This document shows, one piece after another, positions 1 through 13,289 of a DNA stretch of 64,000 nucleotides. The notes beneath the pieces are model-generated. The model was not told where the DNA came from. It was given only the letters and a program-made list of their open reading frames with translations, and made no database searches. The stretch covers positions 1-64,000 of the forward strand of contig NIVC01003261.1 in the NCBI GenBank assembly GCA_002269645.1, read 5' to 3'. This DNA comes from Macrostomum lignano. Taxonomy: Eukaryota. A program made the translations under genes and the position numbers. The first letter of the stretch is position 1. Each line of letters starts with the position of its first letter.

Positions 1-3000
1 ACATTGTTGCCTTTGCATCGGCAGCTGTAGGCGACGCCTCTCGACATGATCTTGTAGTAATCCCCAGCCTTTATCCAATTGCCGTGCTTGTCCTTACAAC
101 CAGACGTATTCGAGTCTTCCTCCGTCGCCTCCGGTTGGCACTGGGTGTACTGCGGACCTTTAGCGCATACACAGATCCAAACTTTGCCGGCGTATAGCAC
201 TGTCACGGTGTCCCCGTAGTCAATGTACCTCCCACTACGATGATCCTTGCACTTATCCCGATTCACGTAGTCCTCCTCCGTCATGGCAGTTGCCATAGTT
301 GTTTGTGCCCTGGCACACGCAAATGTAAGGTTTTTGCCATCGGCTGTTCTCGCCACATTTTGTCCTTGAGATACGTATGTGCCATTGTCGTCCTTACACT
401 TGCCTCTGTTTTTTATGCTCTCCTCCGTCACGCATCCTCTATACTGATCGGTGCCAATACATTCGCAGACAAATACAGCACTTTTCTGATCGCACATTCG
501 TACGTTGTCCCCACTAGAATTCCCCGCCCACGTCCGTTGCACTGGTCCTGATGCATTAAGGACTCCTCTGTTACACAATCACTGTAGCCCATTTGGCCTT
601 TGCAGACGCACACGTATACCAAGTGCTCAACATTGACCTTTACTTCTGTCCCTTGTCGACATAGATACCATCGCTGCCTTGCACCTCTCACGATTAGCGT
701 AAGTCTCTTCAGTCATGCACTTGCCGTACTGATTGTGACCTTCGCATAAGCAGATGTACGCCTTGCCTCCATGCTCAACACGGACGGTTTGTCCCGGTGC
801 AGCATAGCTGCCGTCACTTGCTCGGCATTTGCCTTGGTTTTCAAAAGCCTCTTTGGTGACACAGTCGGCGTACCTGTTTTGTTCCTTTGCAACGACAAAC
901 GTAGATTTGATTATTGTACCGGTAATTTACTCGATCATCCTCTTCAACGTAGCTACCATCGATATCTCTGCATTTGTTCTTATTTCTCCAGACCTCCTCT
1001 TGCATGCACTGAACAAATTTGTTTGTACCGTTGCAAATGCATACATAGGTGTACTGGTCTTGCTTCACGACAACAGGCTCTCCCGCGTCCACGTACGACT
1101 CATTGTAAGCCTTTACAACGGCCATTGTTTTCAAATGCCTCTAATGTTTGGCAGTTCTTATAAGCATTATTGCCTCCGCAATTGCAAACGTAAATTTGAT
1201 TTTCGCGCTCAATTGAAACTTTTTCACCTTTCCAACGTAGTTACCATGAAGGTCACGGCACTTGTCCCTATTGTGATAAGTCTCGTTTGTCACACAATTC
1301 CTGACTCCGTCGCTACCGTTGCAAATGCAAACAAATACGTCTGCTCCGGACTTAACAACTACCATTTGACCTTCCTCGACGTAGTTTTCATCCATGCCAC
1401 GGCACTTGTGTCTGTTGTTGTACTGCGTCTCGGTCATGCAGTCCAGGTACCTATTTGTGCCGCCGCAGTTGCATACATACAAAGTCTCAGAGACGATGTG
1501 CCGAACAAGCTGGCCCTGCGGAACAAAGTGCCGTTTTTATCTTTGCATTTGCCTTGGTTTTTAACGCTCAACTCCGTCACGCAGCAGTTTCGGTACTGAT
1601 TAGAGCCGGCGCATTCGCATATGAAGATAATACTTTGTTTCTCGCACCGGACCGCACTTTCTCACCTCGTTTTGAATAGTTCTTACTAACAGCATCCTTG
1701 CACTGGTCCTTATGTAGCAGCGATTCTTCACTCACAGTCGCTATAACCCATTGCTCCCTTGCAGGTGCACACGTATGATTCCTGCTCTACTTCAACCTTT
1801 ACCTTCTCATCCAGAAGTACATATTCACCATCGCTACCAATGCAATTTTCTCTGTTCTCAAATTGATCTTCAGTGACGCATTGTTTGTAGAGATTCTCAC
1901 CTTCGCAATCGCAAACGTAGCGCCTTTTTCCGTGACGTATTCGGACCTTCTTTCCAGGTTCTACGTAATCTCCATCACGATCGCGGCACTTTCCGCGATT
2001 ATTGAAGACGTCCTGTGGAACGCAGTTAGCATACTTATTTGTTCCTTTGCAGTGGCAAACATAAATTTTGGCCCCTACTTGATGCTTGACGAGTTCATCT
2101 TCGCTAACATAAATTCCATCTATGTCTTTGCACTTATTTTGGTTGTTCCATGTCTCCTCGAGCATACATTGAATGTAATTATTCGTGCCATTGCAGATAC
2201 ACACAAAAATATAATTATCATGTTTTACAGCTACAGGCTCGCCAATATCTGTGTAAGATCCGTTGTGTCCTTTGCAACGGCCAGCGTTTTGAAATGCCTT
2301 ATTGTCTTACAGTTTTTGTAAGTGTTATTGCCGATGCAATCGCAGACATAGATGATTTCATTCTGCTCAATAGAGATCTTCTCGCCTTTTGGAAGGAAGT
2401 TTCCCTCCAGGTCCTTGCACATGCCTCGATGGTAGTAAGTTTCGTTGCTCATGCACTCGGCGATGCCTTTACTACCGCGTGGGCACTGGCAAATGTAGAC
2501 TTCGGTACCTGACAACACTCGACTGCTTCACCTCGGCCGACATACTTGCCGTCGACATCTCGACATCGGTCGCGATTCAAATATGCATCTTTTGATACAC
2601 AATCTTTGTACTTGTTTGTCCCGTTGCACTCGCAAACGTAGATGGTTCCTGACACCTTGTATTCTACAACCTCGCCTATTTCAACGTAGGAACCGTTAGC
2701 ACTCTGACATCTGTTGATATTGTCGAATATTTCTTTAGTCAAGCAGTTTTTATATCCTTGGCTGCCCATGCACTCACAGTAAAAAGTTGTATTTGTGGAG
2801 CTTTTAATTACCACAATCTGTCCCGCCTCTACGTAAGTATCGTTGTAGTTCTTGCATTTATCAGCGTTGACGATCGCGTTGTAGTCCTTGCATTGCTGGT
2901 ACCTGTTGGTTCCAATGCATTTACACTGATACAGGATGCTGTGGTGAAACACCACGACTTCTTTGCCTCTGTCAACATACTGCCCGTTTACGTCCTTGCA

Positions 3001-4852
3001 CTTGCCCTTGTTCATGTAAGCCTCCTCTGTCAAGCAGTTCTTGTAGCCTGCCGCTCCAGCGCAGTGGCAAACGTAGCTTATACCCTCGCTGACTATTCGT
3101 ACTTTGCGGCCCTTGGATACAAATTTTCCATCGGCACCTTTGCATTGATTTCGCGTGCTATAATCCTGCTCTGACTGGCAGTCCGAATAACCTGACGAGC
3201 CTTTACAGGTGCAAACAATCACGTTCTCGTTGTTGAGAATACGCACCAGTCGGCCGCGCTTAACATAGCCACCGCTAAGATCGATGCAGTCATCTCTGTG
3301 CGAAAAAGCCTGCTCCGTTAGGCAGCCCTCGTGTGTGTTCGTACCAGTGCAGTGGCAGACGAACACAGCACCGCCGCGAAGAATCCGAACGTAGCCGCCA
3401 GCCTTAACCAACCGGCCATGGTAGTCTTGGCAGCGGCCCCGGTACTTGTTCGCGTCCTCGTCTGCTAGGCGACATCCGGCGTGCTTGTTGGTACCGTTGC
3501 ACCGACAGATGTAATCATCGCCTTGAAATTCGATCCGTAATTCGCTGCCCTTGGTAACCCACTGGTGGTCCTTGCCCTGGCACATATCCTGATGGTCGTA
3601 CTCGGCCTGGGTCATGCAGTCAGAGTAACCGGAACTGCCGCGACAAGTGCAAATTAGAAATTCACCATTTTCACTTTGCGTAACAACCCGGTGACCAGAC
3701 TGGATGTAATGCCCATTGACGTCCAGGCATTTGTCAGCGTTACGAATCGACTCCAAAGTCGAACAGTTGCAATAATCCATGCGGCCGCCGCAGGTGCACT
3801 CAAACAATGTGCCGCTAAGCGACACGGTGACTCGCTCGCCGACGCTTTTGTACGTGCCGTCAACGTCCAGACATCGCTCTAGTGGGTACAGGACAGAAGT
3901 GATCATTAACGGACTCCATAACTCCGAAAGCGAAAAGGACATTGCTAGCAATTTTAAAGTTATGATATTTCGGAGTTGTGATTTTTCGGGTTTGTGATGC
4001 CCCCCTTCCCCAAAAAATTCTTACTGATGTTTGTAAAGACTAAAAAGCAAGTCATAGTTTGAAAATACCCTGGGAAGAAGTCAAGCAGAATACTTCCGCT
4101 GCAGTGAGCGAGACAACTAGGCAAGGAATACAGCCATTGAATTCTAATTGTGGTTCTACTTGATCACGGCAAAGATGCAATAAAGCGATGAGAAGAATGA
4201 TTCCAGAGTTTGAAATCCGAATTCTTCTTGCAAAGCTTGTTCGACTTCGACTTTGATGTCAGATGATAGTCTAGAGGCTAATTGTTGAAGCAGACAGAGT
4301 GGAAGCTGCAACGAGCTTTTATGATAACCCATAAGAGCTTAGAAGATACGGTACAGCTTAAAAGAGTGCTACTCACTGATAGTGCACTCAGTTCCGACAA
4401 GACTCTTGCCGTCTATCTCTCTCCGACAGATGCACTCGTGAACTCCTCGCGTTGTGTTCATTTCGTAGCGCGCATTCTCGTCCACGCATGTGCCCAGCGG
4501 ATGCAGACAGCCCTCTATGGATGAGGTTTAGTGAATAGAATTAGAGCAGTTCATAGGTAGAGCAGTTTTTAGTGAGCAGTTCATAGGTAGAGCATAGGTA
4601 GAGCAGTGAGCAGTTCATAGGTAGATACATGAAGATAATTCGTAGATACTCACTCGGCACACTCTTGCACATCTGCTGCAGGTTGGGATCGCAGACGCAG
4701 GTAATCTCGTGGCAGCCTTGAAGATACGTGTACGTGTCATTAACAGGAATCTGCACCCCGTCGAATGTGCAACGAATCGATGCGCCGTAAGATGAACCAG
4801 CCGTTAGGCAGATCAGGCCAATACAGAAGCTGACCGCCGCAGCTAACGCCAT
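1..4852 (-). CDS. Large secreted protein of tandem ~48-aa four-cysteine (FN1/VWC-N-like) modules; 3' end outside the window; frameshifted
   Basis: Exon 1 4852-4654: ATG, signal peptide MALAAAVSFCIGLICLTAGSSYG, donor GTGAGT, phase 1. Exon 2 4514-4377: one module, phase 1-1. Exon 3 runs from 3878 (acceptor ..CCACTAG) to the window edge with ~27 units of C-x5-6-Y/F-x2-3-G-x~13-C-x-C-x-G-x~6-C. The frame continues across ORFs 2449-3951, 2231-2518, 1728-2204, 1141-1482, 841-1134 and 428-691 through 1-2 nt indels. Confidence 0.85.
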
Positions 4853-7800
4853 TCGGGGCTTGAACTTGCTGAGAGCTCTGTTGATCGGTGCGAATTTTTT
4901 TTAATTTTGATCTTAAAAGTTAAACATCGTCGAGCACTTCAACTGTGATCGTGAAGCTATTGCTGTCAGTCTTTTAAATTATAGAATTTTTGAGTAATTT
5001 ACCGTCAGGAGTGAGAGAAAGAGTTGCTTCAAGATGCCCAGAGCTCCTGAAGCTAAGTTAAGTAAGTTAAAGAAATATTCAGAAGGATATTGGGTCATTT
5101 TGGGCCCACTGATCGAAGCGAATTTCGACCCCCGCTACCAGCGAGGAGCCAAGCAACAACGTCTCCATTTTGCGTGGCATGGACGGCTGAATTAGGAGGA
5201 CGCAAAACTTGATTTTCTTAGACATCAGCTCAAAGTCGGCAAGGAATCTATATTTTTAGCATTGCTATGTGCATTTAGTATTGCTGTTGTCAGTCAGCCA
5301 AGTTTATAGAGAATTCCCATTCGGCAGCACGAGCGTAGTAGATTTGGTCTTGCCCATATAGACATACGTGTAGACGGAAAAGGCAAGCAAGTTCAGAATT
5401 GGCCATAGACATCAGTACAAAGAAGGATGCCAGCAGCAGCCTCTCAGAATGGGTGAATGCCACAGACAAGAGGCTAATTTCTTATTCTGGTTGATTTAAC
5501 AAGCTGCACTTCTGCAACAAGTGGCACTAGTGCAGTTTCGTTCGCGAAATTATTTTTCATTTGAATTCGCGCCAGTGCCGAGGATTTGAATTGATGATTT
5601 GTGTGATAAATACGTGGCAAAGAAGTCTACCTTTTGAGTTATCTATGGCCCAAAACTGCACTATAGTGCCCAACAAGTTAACACGTTAAAATCGATATAC
5701 AAAAATTTAACAAGCTATGAAGGACTGCATCTGCAGCAGTCAGTGCAATTACATTTCAAACAATTAACGATGACGCAGTTGGTGACCATCATTGGTACTC
5801 TTCGTTAAATTTGCACGCCATGCTTCAGGCAACTGCTGCTGATGCTGCTACTGCTCTCTCGCTCTTTCACTGCTTGCTGCATCCTCTTGTCTGTGGCATT
5901 CACCCAGTCTTACAGTGGCGATTTCAGCCAGTTCTGACTGCTGTTGTTCATGAACGGACGCACGAATTGAAATAAGAACTGCAGGAAACAAAACTTATGA
6001 ATGTTGACTATCAGCACGTGCAGTTTCTAGGAAACAGGAGCAGACAGTTTTGCACAGTATTTGCACAGTTTTTCTCACGAAAAACCGAATTTGTCTATGG
6101 CAAAACCCCATTCAGCGCTAAAATAGTATAGCGATACGATAAATGTACGTTTACTCTGGCTCATTTCTGAGAAAACCGAGTGTAAGCGTCTTTTAATTTC
6201 AGTTGTCTGTTGACTCGCGCACCCACTATCAACTATCCAGTTGAAGCATAGCAAACAAGTGTATACGAGCGTATGTAATGGCTTACCGGATCTCCGAATG
6301 TTATTCAGAAACTAAAGAATAAACTATCAAATCCACCTTTCTGCTAGATAAATTCAATCGAATTTACTCGAAAGATCGTCTTTATTTAGCTGAAAAATGT
6401 TTATCAAATATGCATTTCGCGCTCTCTGCTTTGAGAGAAGAAGTTAATTTCTGTCAGCACAGTCAATTCTGCAATCATTTTATTGACTAACGGATTAAGG
6501 CAGCACCTGGTCTGCGCTGGGCCGGATTGAGATAATCCTAGCAGTTTTCCGCGACGCAACTGCTTAGAAACGGACTCTCGTCCTGATCCCTGACAAAGAT
6601 CTGGAATTTGGCATACAGTATATACCTCGCATATACTCGCAATGAGAAAAACAGAACTATATGCGCTGTATATGTACGGAGCAGTCTGGAATTTTGCTAC
6701 TTTTTTATCACAGAGCTCTTTTCATAAGGCAAGAATGGCTTCGAAAATTACCCGCATCTTTACTGAACTTGCTTAGTCCATTTGAGTAGCAGAAAAAACT
6801 GTCTTTTGATAAATCATTTCTAGTTAATTCAAAATGCATTAATGATTCTGTGGACTTCCTTGCCACAATGCGAGCTGGTGCGATCAAAGACTCAAATATA
6901 ACGGCAATGAATATAAATTTAGCCCGCGGGAACTAATTACTTTTAAACTCTGGTTTGTTTAAAACACAGGCCTTGCTCTGGTTGCAATGATTAACTGGCT
7001 GAGACAAAGGAAGCCTAGCGTTGACTGAAGCACTCTCAACTAAAATTAGACCTCCAAGATACTTGATTCGGTGACAGGAAGTTTTAAGCCCATCCAACTT
7101 ATCTGTTCCATGCGCTTTTATCAACTCAAGTTTTCCGCTGAGGGGGAGTTCACCTTGATTGCATCAATCTGCACGGCTCAAAAGATTGGGTAAAAAATCA
7201 TGAATAAATTCCCAATACTCTGTCTCTCTATCTTGCTTTAAATAGAATTCCAAGAACTTTTAGTTTATCTCTTGTACTTATTTTCTGCCAATTCTGCTGA
7301 AACACAATGGACAGTAAGGAAGTCAAAGACTCATCTCACCAGATCGTGTCGGTCTCTGATCTAAGCCTGACAATGGAACAATAGAGAAAGTCAGGCTTGG
7401 TTCGGACAAAGTTGACAGGAAATTTGCAGGAAATCAGGAAATCTTCCGGATATTGCTGGTGACTTTTATTAGAAAAGAAATACATGTATGAATTAGCAGG
7501 CAGGAATGAAAGTGATTGAGAGGAATGAAGACGTCATCATTTTTCTGCGTTTGGAGTCTGGCTTGCTGGATACAATTACGGAATTTTAAAATGAGTTGCG
7601 GGAAAACTGAATTTTCTTTGTATTTCTTCCTAATTCGGAAACTTTTTCCGAAAGTGTGCATTTCCATCAAAGAGAAATCGAAACTCTACAAACCAGGAGC
7701 GTCGCCATGGATTTTGTGGTGGGGGGACAAGGCCAAGAATTCTGCATGACTAAATTTCTACAATATTTTGAGAATCGTAGTTGTTAGCACTCATTTTGGC

Positions 7801-8070
7801 GCCGCAGGCACTCATTTTAGAGCCGCAGGCTCTCATTTTAGCGCCGCAGGCTGGATCAATCTTCCAGCTAAATTTTAAATTCGGAAGTTGAGAGGGATAC
7901 GCTTCCATTGCCAGTTGAATGCTAAAATGGGTAGATTCCCCTATCAGCTCGACTGGTCTCTAGTCAAAGCCGCTCTGCCAGTGTATCGCGTCCTATGCTA
8001 CTCGATCTGTCCATAGTTCAAGCCGCCGCCATTGGTCCTGAGGTGGAAACTCGCCAAGCCTCTCCCAGCA

Positions 8071-8106
8071 TAAATAGAGCCACGTAGGCCCCAGTCGCTA
8101 CAGTCC
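8071..8106 (+). promoter_or_regulatory. Putative core promoter (TATA-like element and initiator) of the small secreted-peptide gene
   Basis: ATAAATA at ~8071-8077, with ACAGTC ~30 nt downstream and ~80 nt before the ATG at 8184. Confidence 0.4.
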
Positions 8107-8183
8107 AAAGTCGCCGATCATTGCTAATCGAAACGGAAGCTCAATCGCAACGCAATAAAACCAGACAATCTTGTCAATAGAAG

Positions 8184-8462
8184 ATGCAGGCTCGCAACTG
8201 TCTGATCATCCTTGCCGCTCTGTGCGCTCTCGGCGCCGCCGCCGCTTCGACCAAACGGAGCGCCTTCGGCGCCGACCCGTTCGGGATGGACTCGCCACCG
8301 CATCCCAGGTCTGTCGGAGGAGCGCCCGAGCGACCCTCGGCCGCGCTAATGTACCAGAAGCTTATCTGGCTGATGAACAACGAGCACTGCATCCAGCTGA
8401 GGCCCGGCTGCCAGCCGCTCGTCCCGGAGAGCGAGATGCACGGGGGTTACGTGCAGCCATGA
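8184..8462 (+). CDS. Small secreted peptide precursor (neuropeptide-like), 92 aa, single exon
   Basis: Hydrophobic signal MQARNCLIILAALCALGAAAA followed by KR; C-x6-C (CIQLRPGC); GC-rich coding-like composition; AATAAA at 8673-8678. Confidence 0.65.
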   Translation: MQARNCLIILAALCALGAAAASTKRSAFGADPFGMDSPPHPRSVGGAPERPSAALMYQKLIWLMNNEHCIQLRPGCQPLVPESEMHGGYVQP

Positions 8463-9204
8463 ACTTAGCACCGGACTAACTGTTTAACTTGCTCTGTCTG
8501 CTAAGCGAATCCTTCGAATCTTGATTTACCGAGTAAAACACTCCTAATTCCAACTATTGAAATTGTTACCGCGGTTTTATTGTTAACTTCCCCGAACCCC
8601 AACTTGGCGGAAAAAATATATACGTTTCTGTGTTTATTTCTTTGAGTCAGTAGGAAAACGCTTTGATGACAAAATAAAACAACAGGCTTTTTAACCTGCA
8701 GCAAGCAACAAGCATCTTTAAAATGGGTTAATTTTCTTTTGAGATTTTTCGCTTTTGTATTTTTTGTTGAATTTTCTGATGCTCTCACGGCTACGACTAT
8801 GAGGGATTGACAGATGAAGAACCCAATGATCTGGAACAGAAACGAATTAGAGGTACAACAATGAATTCTTTACACCATCTACATTATGGAGGCCTCATTA
8901 CTTAAACCTCAGAACATTTTCGAGAAAGTCCCACGAGCAATCGGATACCAAAAGAAAGGAAATTTCGTCGTTTAGCTAGACGCAAAGCAACTGAACCGAA
9001 ATTAGTGAGCCATTGCGGGTCTTCAACGATCGGCATGCTCATTCCGGTGATAGCTCACAACCCATGCTCGCTTGCACACGCTAAGGCGTCTTATGTTAAC
9101 CCATTTTAATTACACATTTATCAGTTCTCTTGTTGTATTTGAAAGATCATTTTTAACAGCATTGATTTGGTTTTCACGGGCGCGTGCCGAACCGGCTTTA
9201 CTGA

Positions 9205-9700
9205 TCAGCTCAGGTGCAGTCTCGCTTCATATTTACCTACCATTAATTGGGACAGTACGCGCGGGGGCGTCTGTAAGGCGACGCAGGACCCGAGGCCACA
9301 AGACGGAAGTTGGGTGGACCAGCGGCTTGTGGTCCGTAAATGCCTGACTGCCAGGTACAACGCGAGCAGCTCGCGGTCTAAGGCGCTGTACTTCTGCTCG
9401 AACGAGTGGGAGTTGCGGGCAAAAGAAGTCAAGCAACTTTCAGGCATCGCCAACAATTCGCTGCTCGAGTGCCGCGCCGACCACGATGTCTGAAGCCTCC
9501 GAGGCGTCTACCCAGCCGCTTTGACCGGTCGGCTCGGGCGATGTGGGGCACGAAACGGTGGTAGATGGTGGCCCTTGATGGTGGCTGGCGGTGGAACCAG
9601 AGCGATGGCGTCGAACATCGCGGCCAGGCGCTGGAGCAGCGTACGCAGATTCTGTAGCGATGCGACAAATACGCGCTCTCCTTACCAGCCTCCAGCTCAA
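9205..9700 (-). mobile_element. Degenerate Ty3/Gypsy pol fragment (RNase H plus a scrap of the RT N-terminus)
   Basis: Frameshifted motifs DASEASDIVVGAALEQ, EQKYSALDRELLALYLAVRH and AFTDHKPLVH are typical of Ty3/Gypsy RNase H. An HHQGPP remnant lies upstream. No LTRs seen. Confidence 0.85.
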
Positions 9701-11574
9701 TTTCTAAGAAAACCGACTGTAGCATCATTCCAACTCAGTTGTCCATGAACCAAACTTTGACAATTTGGAACTTCTGCTGGAAAGTGAAAAAATTCGTGTT
9801 TCACTATATACAATACAAGAAACGAACTTCCACTCAAGTCTAAACAAGGTTAATCGTGTTGAAGTTCCCGATCTTTCTAATACACCCTTGTCCTCGGCCT
9901 GATGGTATTGTATCATTCAGGTCGAAAGAAAAATCGCTAGCGACGCGGAAAGCCGGCGGGCCAGCCTCATAAATCACTGCATGGCAACCTGGGCCTGGCT
10001 GTGTCTATTTTTGTCGAAGAAAACCAAATTACGGAGAGACAGAGAGACAGTGGGCGGCAGAGGAGTGTTGAGCATATTTCGAGCAGAAGTAACAACTATT
10101 GGGGTTCTTTTTAGACGCGTCTCTAATTACTAGGTTGCGGAGTCTTATATAAGCTTGCTAAAGATTTTTTTCACTGATCCAGGCGTGATTTCTCTAGTTC
10201 AAATGTGGAGTGATTTTCCGCGCCGAATGTCTTGATCAGGCTATGGGAAAATTTGATGAAAGAACAGGACATGCTATAGCCTTAGTGTGCAACGGTTGAC
10301 TCTGCTTAACCTGATATATGGTCTGGCTAATCCTGTTAGCGAGATGAAATACTGCCAGGAAAGTTGGATCAAAAGGCAAGCTTTCTTCAACGTGTCTTCA
10401 CAGATCTGTCTAATCAAGAGCTTATTTCACAGAAGGCTGAGTGTAACACCTTAAAAAAGGGTTTAGAAGGCCGGTTGTCGTGAGTTCATACCTACCTTTG
10501 AGAGGCTTCTAGTTCCGATGTGTTAATTTTTTTGTCTACTGTAAGCCAAAATCTCGTCTGGCTTAATCCTCAAGTTAGAACTCTATTTTTAGATACACGG
10601 TGTGACAGTGCAAGGGTAAAGCGTTTAAGGGGCTGGTTTACCAGATTCACCTAATTCGCTACTCCCATTAAACACACACAACACTCGCATACCAACTCTG
10701 TAAACCAGCCCAGAGTATAACACTATTTAAACTAAATTTAAACATTTTCTGACGCGATACACATTTCAAAGTCAAGAGAGAAAAATATACATCGAAAAAA
10801 GCAATTTTCAGAAATCGTACCAGTCAAGGTGAATGTATATGCAGTCGTCGAGCGTTTCTCTGTGCAGTTTGAACGTAGTCGACTTGATGCGCCAAACCTG
10901 CTCATATTTCAACAATGATCTGACGGACAGGCAGACAGAACGGCAGACAGATTCAATTAGCTAAAGTGAACCTGCAGATCTGCCACCCCTATAGTCTGAA
11001 TCTGCTTGAATCCATGCACTTTTACCAGGTACCCTGAATGGGACCCCCGCTTTCTGTCTCCTATTCGTGATTAAGCAGAGTTAACTCAGGTGTAACTGTA
11101 AGTCACCATGGCTCTTCTTAGGTCCAGCTACAATGGAAACGGAGCTGAGGCATCAGACTTTAAAAAAAGAAAAGGTAGCAGCAGTGATGAAGAAAAGGAA
11201 GGAAGAGATCGTGAAATTTTCGATGATTGGCATGGGGATTTTTTTCAGCACGCATGGCCCACCATAAGCTGAAGCGTCTGGAGAGGCATGGGTCATACAG
11301 CTGAAGTAGAATGACGCTCACCCGGTTTTCTTAGAAATGAGGCGGAGGAACGCATATTTATCGTATCGCGAGTGCATGACCCATTGCCAGTGCAGGTTAT
11401 ATGAAGCGAGAATTCAAGTGCCAAGGTTACGAGTTCGCGTAACCATATTGATAATTGAATTTATCTATGGTTGAAATAGCAGGAAAGGAAATGACGAGTG
11501 CACACTCCTGTCTATGGCCAGTCCCATTCGATACATTGGCCAAGAAGTACGAGCGTAGCTCTCAGAAGTAGAAG

Positions 11575-11960
11575 CGACTCTCAGAATCTCACTCTCTGCA
11601 GACTCTCTCAGAATCTCACTCTCTGCAGCCACTCTCAGAATCTCACTCTGAAATTCAGAATCTTACTCTCTGCAGACTCTCTCAGAATCTCACTCTCTGC
11701 AGTCACTCTCTGAAATTCAGAATCTTACTCTCTGCAGCCACTCTCAGAATCTTACTCTCTGCAGTCACTCTCAGAATCTCACTCTCTGCAGTCACTCTTA
11801 GAATTTCACTCTCTGCAGTCACTCTCAGAATCTCACTCTCTGCAGTCACTCTCAGAATCTCACTCTCTCCAGTCACTCTTAGAATGTCAGTCTCTCCAGT
11901 CACTCTCAGAATCTCACTCTCTGCAGTCACTCTCTGAAATTCAGAATCTCACTCTCAGAG
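11575..11960. repeat. ~27-bp minisatellite (ACTCTCAGAATCTCACTCTCTGCAGTC), ~14 copies
   Basis: Direct reading of tandem units. Confidence 0.9.
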
Positions 11961-12835
11961 TCTAAATAACAAAGAGCGAAAGCTCGTTAACAAGCAATTT
12001 AATTGAACTTGAAAGCATTGAAGTCTTACAATCAATATAAAAATCGCATCTAAAATACGGAGAATCAGCGTGTTTATCTAGGAAGTCGCACACGATTTCT
12101 ATTAGTTGGCATCAAGTCTGCACAACACACAATCGTGTTGTGTAAAAGCCACACAATGCGCGAGAATTAAAAATAGAAATCTCTCAAAACGCAGATAATC
12201 ATTAATTACAGTTGCAATGAAAATGAAATCGTTTCAAAGCTTTAATTACAAATTGAATTTAAATTACAAAAGGCGCCCGACTTCCGACTTGACAAGAAAC
12301 GCCAACAAAAAATCTTTGAAAACTTAGATTTTATAATAATTTTTTAATTACGAAAAGAAATTAGGATCCAAAACAATTAGTGCCGAAATATTAATGGAAT
12401 TTCATTATATCCAATGATTAAAGTGGTTTTCCAATCAAGCCGCCACCGCAGATACAATGATAACTATCATAGATTTAATGATTGCGCCAGAGCCAACTGA
12501 TAAGAAAACTCACTGGGCCCCACTTAAAGGGGGGAGCAATAAAATTATTCTGGATGCTGGCAGCCAGCTCTAATTAGCTAGTTATTCACTATTAGTGCAT
12601 TCGTAATGTACATCAGCCTGGAACACGCACTGACATGAGTACGTACTTTTTAAACGCCAGGCATGAACACTCTGTGCCTTGGGGGGTGGGGGGCTGGCCC
12701 TCCTTCCTCTTTAAAAAACGCTTGAAACAACAATGAAACCGGGCGGAAGCTTCAACCCATCCAATCTTCGCCCTCCGCTCTTCTCAATCCCTCCTCACCC
12801 AGCCCAACTCTGCGGACTCTCGGAGGTGAAGGGGG

Positions 12836-13200
12836 GGCCGTAGCCCAGCGGTAGCGCAGGCTCTGGTGCCAGCGGCCCAGGCTCGATTCCAAGTGCAGTC
12901 ACATTAATGTGGGGCTGAATTGGAATCTCGGCTTGGATCTGCTCGTGCAATTAACGGCCTTGAGAGCCAACCCCCCCCCCCCCCCCCAAGGCGCAGTGAA
13001 GTGTACATGCCTAACGATAATATAAAGTTATTAGGGCCGCTGTACACTCCTGTGTGAGTGTGTGCCTGTGCGTATGACTGCGTACGTATCCGTGCGCTTG
13101 TGTGCCTGCTCAGGGGAGTCGGCGGAATGGGCAGTAATGCCTCTCGCCGGTTGTGTGCCTATGTCGCTTAAAGTGCGCCAGGGTGCTGCACAACCCCCTG
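12836..13200 (+). mobile_element. tRNA-derived SINE, copy A
   Basis: Head GGCCGTAGCCCAGCGG (A box) ... GGCTCGATTCC (B box-like). The body is clearly similar to 15020-15310 on the opposite strand. Confidence 0.7.
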
Positions 13201-13289
13201 CCTCTAATACATAAACTCTCAGAGGTGGCGACTTTTTATTGCTGTTGAGTATAGTTGCACGAGTCATATTGTATCTGTGGCCAGCACAT

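Noticed and set aside
9205-9700. Gypsy fragment as a novel or domesticated gene
   Set aside because: Short, frameshifted and internally deleted; an ordinary retroelement relic.
10630-10711. 12-bp inverted repeat GGGCTGGTTTAC/GTAAACCAGCCC
   Set aside because: Short, with no TSD or second copy; insufficient evidence for a MITE or RNA structure.
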